Source: Nitrososphaeria archaeon
Lineage (GTDB): Archaea; Thermoproteota; Nitrososphaeria; JACIWG01
Length of the DNA stretch: 64,000 nucleotides
Reading direction: 5' to 3'
Assembly: GCA_963752255.1 (NCBI GenBank)
Contig: CAVVXT010000019.1
Location: 224,001 to 288,000 of the forward strand
Shown here: positions 19,128 to 29,171 of the stretch, piece after piece
Numbering within the stretch: the first letter of the stretch is position 1
Layout of the letters: each line of letters opens with the position of its first letter
Position numbers and translations under genes: made by a program
The notes under the pieces: generated by a model
Databases searched by the model: none
What the model was told of the DNA's origin: nothing
Seen by the model: the letters and a program-made list of their open reading frames with translations, nothing else

Positions 19128-20126
19128 TTGAAGTATAAGCGTCTTGGAAAATCTGGAGTGAATGTATCCGAAATATGTCTGGGTGCTATGGGTTTTGGAG
19201 CTGAGGTTGATGAGACTACTGCTGCGACAATTATTCGACGGGCCGTCGATTTAGGGGTCAATTTTCTTGATACAGCAGATGTTTATAGTAAGGGCAAATC
19301 TGAGGAAATTGTTGGAAGAGCGATAAAAGATATGAGAGAAAGTATCGTGTTGGCTACAAAGGTTCGTAATCGTATGGGGGATGGCCCTAATGATGAAGGT
19401 TCAAGCCGAAAGCACATAATGTTTGCCGTTCAAGAAAGTCTTCGAAGACTTGATACAGATTATATTGATATTCTATATCTTCATAGACCAAGTAATGTGA
19501 ATATAATGAAGGGGTTTGTCGGCGAACCTGTTCCTTTGACAGAGACTTTGAGTGCTCTTACCGATTTGGTGCGATGGGGGAAAATTCGATATATAGGTTG
19601 TTCTAACTTTCCTGCATGGCTCCTTTGCAAGGCTCTTTGGACAAGTAATGTCCATGGTTTTGAAAGCTTTGTTGTCAGTCAACCTCGATACAACCTCCTC
19701 CAAAGGGAGATCGAACGCGAAATTATACCTCTATGCGTAGACCAAGGAATTGGAATTGTCCCCTACAGTCCTTTAGCAGGTGGAGCCTTGTCTGGTAAAT
19801 ATAAACCAGGTAGTCCACCTCCCGAAGGCAGCCGAGGAGCTATTAAACCAGATTTCTTTACAAGGCTCCGTTTCCACTGGGAAGACCCATATAACCTGAA
19901 GGTAATTCAGGGTTTAGAAGCCTTCTCTAAAGAAATTGGTAAGCCAATGGCGCAGATCGCTCTAGCCTGGATGCTTGCTAATCCTGCCATAACCTTGCCC
20001 ATTATAGCTGCCACTAGTGTAAAGCAACTTGAAGAGAATTTAGCCTCAACTGAACTTATTCTCAGCAAATCAGACTTAGAAAGGATTAATCAGATAGCAC
20101 CGACAATGGGCCCATACTTCACCTAA
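19128..20126 (+). CDS. Aldo/keto reductase
   Basis: LGKSG..VSEICLG, DTADVY, LATK, SLRRLDTDYIDILYLH, PYSPLAGG. Confidence 0.95.
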   Translation: MKYKRLGKSGVNVSEICLGAMGFGAEVDETTAATIIRRAVDLGVNFLDTADVYSKGKSEEIVGRAIKDMRESIVLATKVRNRMGDGPNDEGSSRKHIMFAVQESLRRLDTDYIDILYLHRPSNVNIMKGFVGEPVPLTETLSALTDLVRWGKIRYIGCSNFPAWLLCKALWTSNVHGFESFVVSQPRYNLLQREIEREIIPLCVDQGIGIVPYSPLAGGALSGKYKPGSPPPEGSRGAIKPDFFTRLRFHWEDPYNLKVIQGLEAFSKEIGKPMAQIALAWMLANPAITLPIIAATSVKQLEENLASTELILSKSDLERINQIAPTMGPYFT

Positions 20127-20369
20127 ATCGATCGGATGTGAATTTTTAAGGACTATTATCAGGCTATATTAATATTAACTATCCCATTCGTGTACATATT
20201 TGATAAGAAAACGTTGTCATGTTGGAAATGTTGTCAAGCTCCTTATTCTTTACTAAAAAGCCTTTCAAAATGACCAAAGTTCTTTGGTTAAATCTCATTT
20301 CATCATGAAATTCAAACGAAACGCATTAAACGCTAAAAAATGACCTGTAATCAAATATAGCGATTAAAA

Positions 20370-22039
20370 TTAATTATTCACTGTCCTACTCGCTATCATA
20401 TTGAAACCTTTCCCAAGAAGATCTTTCACAATAATGTCACCAGCTTTTATAGGAGCTTTTACCTTAACCTTGGAAAGTTCCTTAAGTAAACGCTCTAAAG
20501 TTGCTTAGGTACAGGCTTATCAGACCTTATGGGTAGAACACCTATCGTTGAAGCTCCCTCGATTGGAACCACTGTAAACAATATCCTTACAGGGCAGGTG
20601 GCTTCCTGTCTTATAAACTCCAAACCTCTACCACATAGAGCACCCTGTATCTCCTTCACCCGATTACCATCCATTATTACTGTCGCCTGACATCCAATAG
20701 GGCACACAATACAGATAATACTCTTCGTAGCTATCCCTTCACATCCTTTTACAATTTTAGATTTCTTTGCTACACTACCTGTTACCTTAACCTGAAAAGT
20801 TAAATTATCACACTTTAAAAGATCCTTTCTAAACTTTAATTTTACCATTTCTGGAGGTCTGAGAACCCTATTAAAGGAACGTACACCAATTTCCGGAAGT
20901 TCAATGTAAGCATTTTCAGTAGGTTCCTTAATACGTATATAGAACTTAACATCCGTTGTACCACTAAATTTTTGTGGAACAACAGACTTTATACCATTAC
21001 CTAAAACAACATGTTTCCATTGGATTCCCTTGGGAACAGCTCCCTCCAGAGCTCTTACCGCCGATAAGGCAGCGATTTCACCTTGTGAGGTTACATCGTC
21101 GACAATATCATTAACCGCAAGAAAGTTACCTGCTGCAAAAATATTTGGCACACTTGTCTCTAGAAACTTGTTCACAACGGGGCCTCCAGTACCTAAGTCA
21201 ATTTCGAATCCAAGTCCTTCAGGTAGCATTCTGGGGAATCGCAAATCAGGGATAAGACCAGTTGCTAGAACAAGAAGATCACATTTTATCTCCTCCTCTG
21301 TCCCAAGAATAGGAACAAGATTTTCATTCACCTTCGCAACAACAACACTTTCAATTCTCTTCTTCCCCTTTATCTGAACCACAGTACTTCCTAAATAGAG
21401 AGGAATGTCAAAGTCTAAAAGACATTGAGCTTGATTTCTTCTTAACCCACATGTATAAGAAAGAATCTCATGGACACCTTTGACATGTGCTCCCTCTTGT
21501 GAAAACCTTCTTGCCATTATGAGGCCAACATCTCCAGAACCAACTACAACAACTTCTTTGCCAGGAAGATAACCGTAGATATCCATATACCTCTGCGCGG
21601 TACCAGCTGTCATAACGCCGGCAGGCCTATCTCCTGGAATATTTAATTCATCCCTTCCTCTTTCCCTACAACCGGTCGTTAAAATAACCGTCTTAACATA
21701 AATCTTCATAAAACCGTTTTCGGAACTGATAATATCTACAAAATGATCGAACGAAGACTTTGTTTCTATTCCTATGGCCATTGCTTGAGTCAAAGTTTCA
21801 ATATCATAGTTTGATATCTTATCAATGAATTTCTGCATATATTCAGGACCTGTCAAATTTTCGTTAAAATATTCTAGACCAAAGCCGGTGTGCACGCATT
21901 GAAGGAGAATTCCTCCAAGTTCTTTAGCACCTTCAACTATTGCTACCCTCCTTGCGCCTTCTTCGTATGCTTTACAGGCAGCAGCTAGTCCTGCGGCACC
22001 ACCGCCAACAATCAGAACATCCGCTTCTTTGTTAATCAT
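20370..22039 (-). CDS. FAD/NAD(P) oxidoreductase fused to a DUF1667 (CxxC) domain; -1 frameshift at 20497-20499
   Basis: GGGAAG, GGILLQCVHTGFG, GCRER, GSGDVGLIMARR; C-terminal CIVCPIGC..CGRG; adding one base restores LLERLLKELSKVKVKAPIKAGDIIV..ASRTV*. Confidence 0.85.
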
Positions 22040-23522
22040 TTGAGTCACCAAAAAGATCCTTTATCTTGCAAAGAAGCACTTCACTTCCTTCAGATTTTAG
22101 TAGAATCTTATTAGGAGGAACTCCAAGTTCCTTACTCAGTATTTCAACTATCTTCGACTGGCATGACATCCCTTGGCATCTGCCTAGACCAGCGCGTGTC
22201 CGAAAGGCGACACCTTGGAGAGTCCTAGCACCTCTTCTGATAGCTTCAACAATTTCTCCTTCAGTTATACCTTCGCACCAACATACTAGATTAGCAAATT
22301 TGGGATCGTCGTGGTATAACATCTTCTTACATTCTATAGTTTGTGCTAATATTCTTGGAATACATTTTCTGTAAGGATCCCAATGGGACTTCTTCACACC
22401 AATAAAACCTTGACTTTCCATTATCCTTATAACATCTATAGCAATTGCAGGAGAGGATGCGAGACCCGGAGATCTAATTCCAATAACATTAATGAATCTC
22501 GAAGGCTTACTGTATCCTTCAATTATGAAGTCTGAGTGAGGAGGCTCAGCTCTCAGGCCAGCGTAATTTTTAATACACTTATTTTTTGGAGGAAGTATGG
22601 GACCCCATTTTTCGATAATATAGTTATAGACCTTTTCAAGGCCTTCCCTACTAGTGGCAGTGTTTTCTTTTTGATCCTTTAGCATATCCTCAGAGGTGGG
22701 CCCAATCAGTGTACTACCTTCAGTGTCAGGGAGTATACAGATACCCTTACTTATTTGCGAGGGTGCTGGGAAGATTATATGGTTAACTGGGCAACGATAT
22801 TCTGATGGAAATATCCAATATTCTCCTCTTCTAGGATGTATTTCGATGTCTACGTTGTTATTGGTCATAGTAACACCGAGCATGTGAGAGATCTTATCAC
22901 CGTATAATCCGGCAGCATTGATTATCCAGTCTGCTTCAAAAATCCCTTGGTTTGTCTTTAAAAGGAAGAAGTCTTTACTTTCCTCTATACTAATCACTTC
23001 ATTTTGCAGCTTAAGTAAGACGCCGTTAGAAACAGCGTTTTCTATAACAGCTATGTTAGCGTAGAAGGGGAGAACAGAGCCTTCCGTAGGAGCATATAAT
23101 GCGGCAATAATTCCATTAAGATTGGGTTCCATTTTTCTAGCTTCTTCAGCTGTTAGCAGCTTTAAGTTTGGAACATCATTTAGCAGTCCTCTCTTGTAAA
23201 GAGAACCGAGGATTGCAATCTCACCGTCCTTTGTCACCTCAACCAGAGCCCCACACCAGTTAACGGGAATCTCAAGCTGGCCAGCTATTGTGTGCCAGAG
23301 CATATTTCCTTTTGCGCATAATCCTGCTCTAATTGGCTGCCTTTTTGGATCATCGTCATATCCTGCGTGTATGATGCCTGTGTTTGACTTCGATGTACCG
23401 CATGCCACATCAACCTCTTTTTCGAAAATTGTAACACGTAAATTTTCATATTTTGAAAGTTCTCTAGTTATAAAGCTACCAACAATACCTGCACCGATAA
23501 TAGCCACTCTCTCAAAAGACAT
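22032..23522 (-). CDS. FAD-dependent glycerol-3-phosphate dehydrogenase (GlpA-like) with BFD-like [2Fe-2S] domain
   Basis: GAGIVG, SNTGIIHAG, NAAGLY, PRRGEY, SPGLASSP; CWCE..RTRAGLGRCQG..C; next to glycerol kinase. Confidence 0.85.
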   Translation of the reverse strand: MSFERVAIIGAGIVGSFITRELSKYENLRVTIFEKEVDVACGTSKSNTGIIHAGYDDDPKRQPIRAGLCAKGNMLWHTIAGQLEIPVNWCGALVEVTKDGEIAILGSLYKRGLLNDVPNLKLLTAEEARKMEPNLNGIIAALYAPTEGSVLPFYANIAVIENAVSNGVLLKLQNEVISIEESKDFFLLKTNQGIFEADWIINAAGLYGDKISHMLGVTMTNNNVDIEIHPRRGEYWIFPSEYRCPVNHIIFPAPSQISKGICILPDTEGSTLIGPTSEDMLKDQKENTATSREGLEKVYNYIIEKWGPILPPKNKCIKNYAGLRAEPPHSDFIIEGYSKPSRFINVIGIRSPGLASSPAIAIDVIRIMESQGFIGVKKSHWDPYRKCIPRILAQTIECKKMLYHDDPKFANLVCWCEGITEGEIVEAIRRGARTLQGVAFRTRAGLGRCQGMSCQSKIVEILSKELGVPPNKILLKSEGSEVLLCKIKDLFGDSND

Positions 23523-23564
23523 TGGACTGTAAAAGAATTTTAGAACATATAAATCTTTTAGAAA

Positions 23565-25103
23565 CTAAGATACCTTCCTAAGCCACCCCATCGAAAGTTT
23601 GACTGCTTCTTTCCATCCAATATAAAGATGCTCTCTTTTATTATCTGACCATTCTGGTTCGAAGATTCTGTCCATTTTCCAAAGTTTAGCAAGCTCATTT
23701 GTATTTTTCCAAAAAGACACAGCTAAACCGGCAGCGTATGCTGCTCCTAAGGAACTAGTTTCAAAAAATTGGGGTCTAACAACCTTGGTTCCAAGAGTGT
23801 CTGCTTGCAACTGCATCAGATAATTATTCGCAACGGCACCGCCATCAACCTTCAAGATTTCAAGCCCAGCTCCTGAAGCTCTGGCCATGGTCTCAAAAAC
23901 ATCTCTGGTCTGCCAGCATATTGATTCTAGTGCAGCATGCACTAAATGGTCCCTTTTAATAAACGAGGTCAAACCACAGATGATACCCCGTGCGTCAGAA
24001 TCCCAATAAGGTGCATAAAGCCCATTAAATGCGGGTACAAAATAGACACCACTCGATCCTTCATCTTTAATGGATTCAGCTATCTTCTCTGTCTCCGAAG
24101 CGGAACCAATGATTTTTAGATTATCTCGAAGCCACTGAACAACAGAACCAGCTACAGCAATTGACCCTTCCAAAGCATAAACAGTCTTCCCCTCTTCAAA
24201 GCTGTATGCACAAGTTGTCAGTAGACCTTCCTTCGACAGTTTAGGTGAATTACCAATATTCGAAAGCATAAAACATCCTGTGCCATATGTATTTTTTGAT
24301 TCACCTTCCCTGAAGCAAGACTGACCAACCAAGGCAGCCTGTTGATCACCTAAGTCGCCGCAGACAGGAATCTTCGAACTAAAAATACTATCCTCTCTTG
24401 TATATCCATAAAAATTCTTGTCAGAGGATGGTTTAAGTTCAGGAAGGATTTTTTCTGGTATTTTAAGAAGACTGAGTATTTCTTGATCCCATTCAAGTTT
24501 GTTTATATCCATCAACATCGTCCTTGAACCATTTGTATAATCTGTGACATGTGATCCACCTTTAGGACCTCCTGTTAGCCACCATATCATCCAAGTATCA
24601 ATATTACCAAAAAAGACCTTACCAAGCCCAGAATACTCCAGGACTTTAGGAATATTTTTAAAAATCCATTTAATTTTAGGGCCTGAAAAATATGTGGATA
24701 AAAATAATCCTGTATTAGGTTTTATAAGTGACTCATCATACCCTTGAATCTTGAGCTTTTCACATATCTCTTTAGTCCTTGTATCCTGCCATACAATTGC
24801 GTTATAGTAAGGTTGACCGGTTTCAGGATTCCATAGAACAACCGTTTCCCTTTGATTTGTAACACCAACAGCCACGATTTCTTCACTCTGAATCTTTGAA
24901 CTCTTAACAGCTTCTTTTATCACTGCAAACATGTTGTCAATTATCTCCAATGGATCGTGTTCAACCCATCCTGGATAGGGATAGATCTGCTTATGTTCAA
25001 GATAACTTGACGAAACCTTGCTCCCTTCATGATCAAAGATTATACATCTTGTACCAGTTGTCCCTTGGTCAATCGCTAAACAATATCCATCTTCTGCTAC
25101 CAT
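23565..25103 (-). CDS. glpK: Glycerol kinase
   Basis: DQGTTGTR, GWVEHDP, TNQRET, WQDTRT, GDQQAAL, KNTYGTGCF, ALEGSI, VDGG. Confidence 0.96.
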   Translation of the reverse strand: MVAEDGYCLAIDQGTTGTRCIIFDHEGSKVSSSYLEHKQIYPYPGWVEHDPLEIIDNMFAVIKEAVKSSKIQSEEIVAVGVTNQRETVVLWNPETGQPYYNAIVWQDTRTKEICEKLKIQGYDESLIKPNTGLFLSTYFSGPKIKWIFKNIPKVLEYSGLGKVFFGNIDTWMIWWLTGGPKGGSHVTDYTNGSRTMLMDINKLEWDQEILSLLKIPEKILPELKPSSDKNFYGYTREDSIFSSKIPVCGDLGDQQAALVGQSCFREGESKNTYGTGCFMLSNIGNSPKLSKEGLLTTCAYSFEEGKTVYALEGSIAVAGSVVQWLRDNLKIIGSASETEKIAESIKDEGSSGVYFVPAFNGLYAPYWDSDARGIICGLTSFIKRDHLVHAALESICWQTRDVFETMARASGAGLEILKVDGGAVANNYLMQLQADTLGTKVVRPQFFETSSLGAAYAAGLAVSFWKNTNELAKLWKMDRIFEPEWSDNKREHLYIGWKEAVKLSMGWLRKVS

Positions 25104-25190
25104 TATCTTTCTTAGATAACATTTTTCTTAAAAACTTTCCAATATGCAAAAAAAGTATTATTTAGAAACAATACCATCTTAGATATAAAA

Positions 25191-25499
25191 TTATGCTTTA
25201 GTCTTCTCCAAATCGCCTCTTGCTCTTAAGCCAATCACATTATGAATATGCACATATTCTCCAGCATCTATATCGTTAGTCGCTTTACCTATTACTTCGC
25301 CATATTTGATGATCTTTTCACCCTTGGATATTTTTTTTGTGGCGAATTTATGACCAAAAGGAATATTAGATTTTATTAAGAGTCTAAAATACCTTTTTCC
25401 AATTTCTAACCTCACAAAATCACCTTTCTTGATATCTACCAAAGCATTTGCAACATTATCTTTGACATTAATGATTATAGCTTTTCTTATAGACATCAT
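25191..25499 (-). CDS. SAF-domain small subunit of a UxaA/SuyA family hydro-lyase
   Basis: DNVANAL, IPFGHKFA, KYGEVIG, VHIHNV. Confidence 0.88.
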   Translation of the reverse strand: MMSIRKAIIINVKDNVANALVDIKKGDFVRLEIGKRYFRLLIKSNIPFGHKFATKKISKGEKIIKYGEVIGKATNDIDAGEYVHIHNVIGLRARGDLEKTKA

Positions 25500-26662
25500 A
25501 TCACAGGCCCCCTACAGTATATGTCAAAATTACCATCATAACCAAGAATTTCTGCTTTTGTTAGCTTACCTGATGAGACATCAATAATTTGATTCAGAAT
25601 CTTTTTCGCTGCACTATCAATTGTTTCATAACCATAGAAAACAGAACTAAGGTCAGCGTCAATATGTTCTGATAAATTAGAGCATACATCAGGATTTCCT
25701 GATGCTTTTATTACGGGTACGATTGGAAAGCCTTGCGGAGCACCACTACCTGTTGAAAAAAGCATTATTTGACTACCTCCTGCCGCAAAACCAGTAAGGG
25801 CTTCTAGCTCCCTTCCCGGTCCATCCATAAATATCAGTCCTTTTTTTGTAACCCTATCCCCATAATCAATGACATCTATGAGCTTTGAAGAACCTGTTTT
25901 ACAAATTGCACCAAGTGACTTCTCTTCTATCGTTGTTATACCACCTCTTATGTTCCCCCCTGTTGGTTGACCGCCTCTCATATCCACACCCATGGACATA
26001 GCCCTCTTTTCAATAGCACTTACAGTAGAATACAATTTTTCAGCTACTTCCCTGCTCACAGCTCTCTGAGCCAAGACATGTTCAGCACCAATCAATTCAG
26101 TTGTTTCTCCAAATACTACAGTTCCACCTAATTCTATAATCAAATCTGCAACCCTACCGGCAACAGGATTTGAAACTATCCCTGAAGTTGTATCAGAAGC
26201 ACCACATTTTATTGCCAATTTGAGTTCTGACAGATCAAAATTCTTTCTTTTAATTCTCTTAGATTCTGTACACATTTTTTTGACAATCTCAAGTCCTTTG
26301 GAAACGGCTTCGGACATACCTCTTTCCTCAATTGTAACTGTTTTTACATCTTTCACCTTAGATATAGCATCAGCTATCTTCTCCAGAGATGTACTTTCGC
26401 ATCCAAGATTTACTAATAGTACAGAAAATAAATTAGGATTCAATGCAAGGTTTATCAAAACATTTTCTACATTAACAATATCTGGAGGGGTCTGAGCACA
26501 ACCTTGGTGATGCACAATTGGTTTTACTTCTGGATTAAGTTGAGCCATCTTCTGAACAACATCTGCTGAACAACCAACCGTTGACATTATCCCAACATAG
26601 TTTCTAATACCAACACCATTTTTCCTCAGATAACCTTTAAACTCCATATCACCCAAGGACAA
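25496..26662 (-). CDS. UxaA/GarD/SuyB family dehydratase or sulfo-lyase, large subunit
   Basis: GIRN, HHQGC, LGCE, KCGASD..SG..SNP, GETTE, GNIRGGITTIEEKSLGA, FSTG. Confidence 0.88.
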   Translation of the reverse strand: MSLGDMEFKGYLRKNGVGIRNYVGIMSTVGCSADVVQKMAQLNPEVKPIVHHQGCAQTPPDIVNVENVLINLALNPNLFSVLLVNLGCESTSLEKIADAISKVKDVKTVTIEERGMSEAVSKGLEIVKKMCTESKRIKRKNFDLSELKLAIKCGASDTTSGIVSNPVAGRVADLIIELGGTVVFGETTELIGAEHVLAQRAVSREVAEKLYSTVSAIEKRAMSMGVDMRGGQPTGGNIRGGITTIEEKSLGAICKTGSSKLIDVIDYGDRVTKKGLIFMDGPGRELEALTGFAAGGSQIMLFSTGSGAPQGFPIVPVIKASGNPDVCSNLSEHIDADLSSVFYGYETIDSAAKKILNQIIDVSSGKLTKAEILGYDGNFDIYCRGPVI

Positions 26663-27129
26663 ATAGGATGATATTTAGTTTTTTCAATTTTTTTATAATC
26701 ACAATATTTTAAAGTAATGAAGGACGATCTGATTCTTTTACCTCTTCCAAAAAATATACAAAATCTTTGTATAAAATGATAAGGTATGTCCGCTTAATCC
26801 AACAGTCGATGAACTTATTTATCAAGAACGTTTCGGGTAAATATGTCATAAAAGATATTATAAAGTATCCACAGATCATCATAGAACTCTGAGAAAATCA
26901 CGCCACTCCCTATCGTTCCACTGCTACCAGCTCATTAATCTAACTCTCCAACCGATCAAAGCTAGGTAGCATGCTAGAGCGATCAAAAGATGTACTTTTC
27001 ATTGTGATGCAATGTGCTCCCATGTGGGGATTTGGAACAAGAATGGCTCCTGAGTGGGTCAAAGCGGATGTTTACTCTCGCATGTAAACCAAAAACGATG
27101 CTCACACGTGGACGCCCAAAGGGATTAAT

Positions 27130-27158
27130 AATCGCTATGTTTATATAACATAGCGATT
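27130..27158. promoter_or_regulatory. 12-5-12 perfect palindrome overlapping the TATA box; ModE-box-like operator
   Basis: AATCGCTATGTT-TATAT-AACATAGCGATT, 20 nt before the W/Mo-binding protein start. Confidence 0.75.
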
Positions 27159-27178
27159 TCAGATGAAGGAGATATAAA

Positions 27179-28375
27179 ATGAAAGTGGAAAAACGCAACC
27201 GAAGCACTATGGTGTATTCGTTTATTATCATCGGTCTAATAATTGGAGCCGTTATAGGATTTGGATTAGGTTACTTAACTTATGAACCTCAAATCAGCTC
27301 GCTAAATTCACAAGTAACGAGCTTTAATTCAGCAGCAGACCTCCAGAACTCTTTAATCACTACAGCTTCTAATTCGCCGCCCTTTGCAGTCGGTGCAGCT
27401 GGCACTTTATCATATGCGTTTGGCTCAGTTCTCAATGCCTATGAGGAACAATACCCCAACATTAAAGTCGCACCCGCTCTGTTTGAGGGAAGTAGTGCAG
27501 TTGCCCAATCGGAGAACACAACAAAACAGTTTAGTTTGGAAGCCGCTGCTGACACGACCACTATGCCGAGTGTCATCTTTCCTAATCTCGCAAATTACGA
27601 AATTGCCTTTGGCCAGACAAAAATGGTCATTATTGTCAATCTATTATCACCCGCTGGACTCAAACTCTACAACATGTGGGAAGGCGTTCAAGGACTTCCC
27701 ACAATGTCTACTCAGTGGAATCAGACTTGGCAACAGATGTTCACCTTGATTGCCCTTAACTCGACCACTAAAGTTGGTGTTTCGAATCCTTTCACCGATC
27801 CTAGCGGTTATCAGGGTGCTGGCATGATTCGATTGGCTGGCTTAACTTTCTTTGGAAATATATCATACCTATACAACGCGATATACAACAACCAGAGTAA
27901 ATACTACATGGCAAACACTGAAACAAATCTAGTTACGCTTATGCAGACCCAACACATAGATTTCATAACTTCATCTTACCTGTCCAACGCTATACCGCAG
28001 ACGGGAAACTCAACTCAAACACACCTCGCCTACATCACACTACCCGACGCAGTTAGCCTAGGGGTCTTATCGAACGTCAGCTATTATCACAAAGCCAACT
28101 TCAAATACACGGAACTGGGAACGACCAAATCATTCACCATCAACCCCGTCATCTACACGCTAACGATTCCAACACCCTCCACCAACACAGCAGCAGCTAC
28201 CCTATTCATCCAAACCTTATTCAGTCAAACTGGCCAGAGCATACTAAAGAAAAACGGCATAACTCCCATTTTGCCGGGCATCGTCTACGGTAACTACACC
28301 AGTATTCCAAGCCTAATCAAACCATTCACTACACCGGTTAACGCAACATATTCACCTTTATTTCCCGGGAGCTGA
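27179..28375 (+). CDS. wtpA: Tungstate/molybdate ABC transporter substrate-binding protein (WtpA-like), membrane-anchored
   Basis: N-terminal TM helix; AAGTL, GS, SNPFTDPSGY, YLSNA motifs; GAAGGAG SD. Confidence 0.75.
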   Translation: MKVEKRNRSTMVYSFIIIGLIIGAVIGFGLGYLTYEPQISSLNSQVTSFNSAADLQNSLITTASNSPPFAVGAAGTLSYAFGSVLNAYEEQYPNIKVAPALFEGSSAVAQSENTTKQFSLEAAADTTTMPSVIFPNLANYEIAFGQTKMVIIVNLLSPAGLKLYNMWEGVQGLPTMSTQWNQTWQQMFTLIALNSTTKVGVSNPFTDPSGYQGAGMIRLAGLTFFGNISYLYNAIYNNQSKYYMANTETNLVTLMQTQHIDFITSSYLSNAIPQTGNSTQTHLAYITLPDAVSLGVLSNVSYYHKANFKYTELGTTKSFTINPVIYTLTIPTPSTNTAAATLFIQTLFSQTGQSILKKNGITPILPGIVYGNYTSIPSLIKPFTTPVNATYSPLFPGS

Positions 28376-29166
28376 CCAAGTTTCAAGGAACATTCAGAGC
28401 GATATTGATATTCTGTGGCGCAGTAACGATCCTTTTTTTTCTCTATCCAATCCTACTTATCGTAGTACTTGGTGCTGAAGATATCATTTCCGCGCTCACG
28501 ACAAGTTCTTTTCTGGCTTCGGTTGAGGTTACTTTCATAATTGCCACAGCCGCAGCGATCCTTTCTGTGCTAGTAGGTACGCCTTTCGCTTATCTTCTGG
28601 CTAGATCAGACTTCAAGTTGAAAGAAGTTATCGACGCAATCATCGACATACCTATTATGATTCCTCATGTTATAGTTGGCATAATGGTTGTGTTAGCTTT
28701 CTCCTCAACATATGGGTTAGGTCCATTTCTGCAGGGAATCGGAATAAATATGATCGATACGTTGATAGGCGCCATAATTACAGTTACCTATCTGTCAGCA
28801 ACTTACTCTATTAGGGTGGTTGAGTCGTCGATAAAGATGATTAACCCTGATGTCGAGCTGACGGCTCGAACACTGGGTTCCTCACCAACATTTACGTTCC
28901 TCCATGTTATAGTGCCTAGAATCTGGAAGTCAATAGCCAACGGAGCGATACTTACTTGGGCAAGGGCGGTTGCGGAGGTGGGAGCGCTGCTCGTAGTAGC
29001 TTATTATGTGTACTTCAACGGTAACGATGTGTATCCAGCTTCGATCTATATTTATGAAGGGTACATAGCACTAGGGTTAGCTGGTGCAATCAAGTACTCA
29101 GCAGCTCTTCTCATAATAGTCCTTGCTACATTCATCATTTACAGATTGGTTCTGAGACATGTCTGA
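28372..29166 (+). CDS. wtpB: Tungstate/molybdate ABC transporter permease; start is CTG 28372 or TIG-track TTG 28405
   Basis: GTPFAYLLAR, IDIPIMIPH, ARTLG EAA loop, WARAVAE. Confidence 0.85.
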   Translation: MTKFQGTFRAILIFCGAVTILFFLYPILLIVVLGAEDIISALTTSSFLASVEVTFIIATAAAILSVLVGTPFAYLLARSDFKLKEVIDAIIDIPIMIPHVIVGIMVVLAFSSTYGLGPFLQGIGINMIDTLIGAIITVTYLSATYSIRVVESSIKMINPDVELTARTLGSSPTFTFLHVIVPRIWKSIANGAILTWARAVAEVGALLVVAYYVYFNGNDVYPASIYIYEGYIALGLAGAIKYSAALLIIVLATFIIYRLVLRHV

Positions 29167-29171
29167 AAGAT

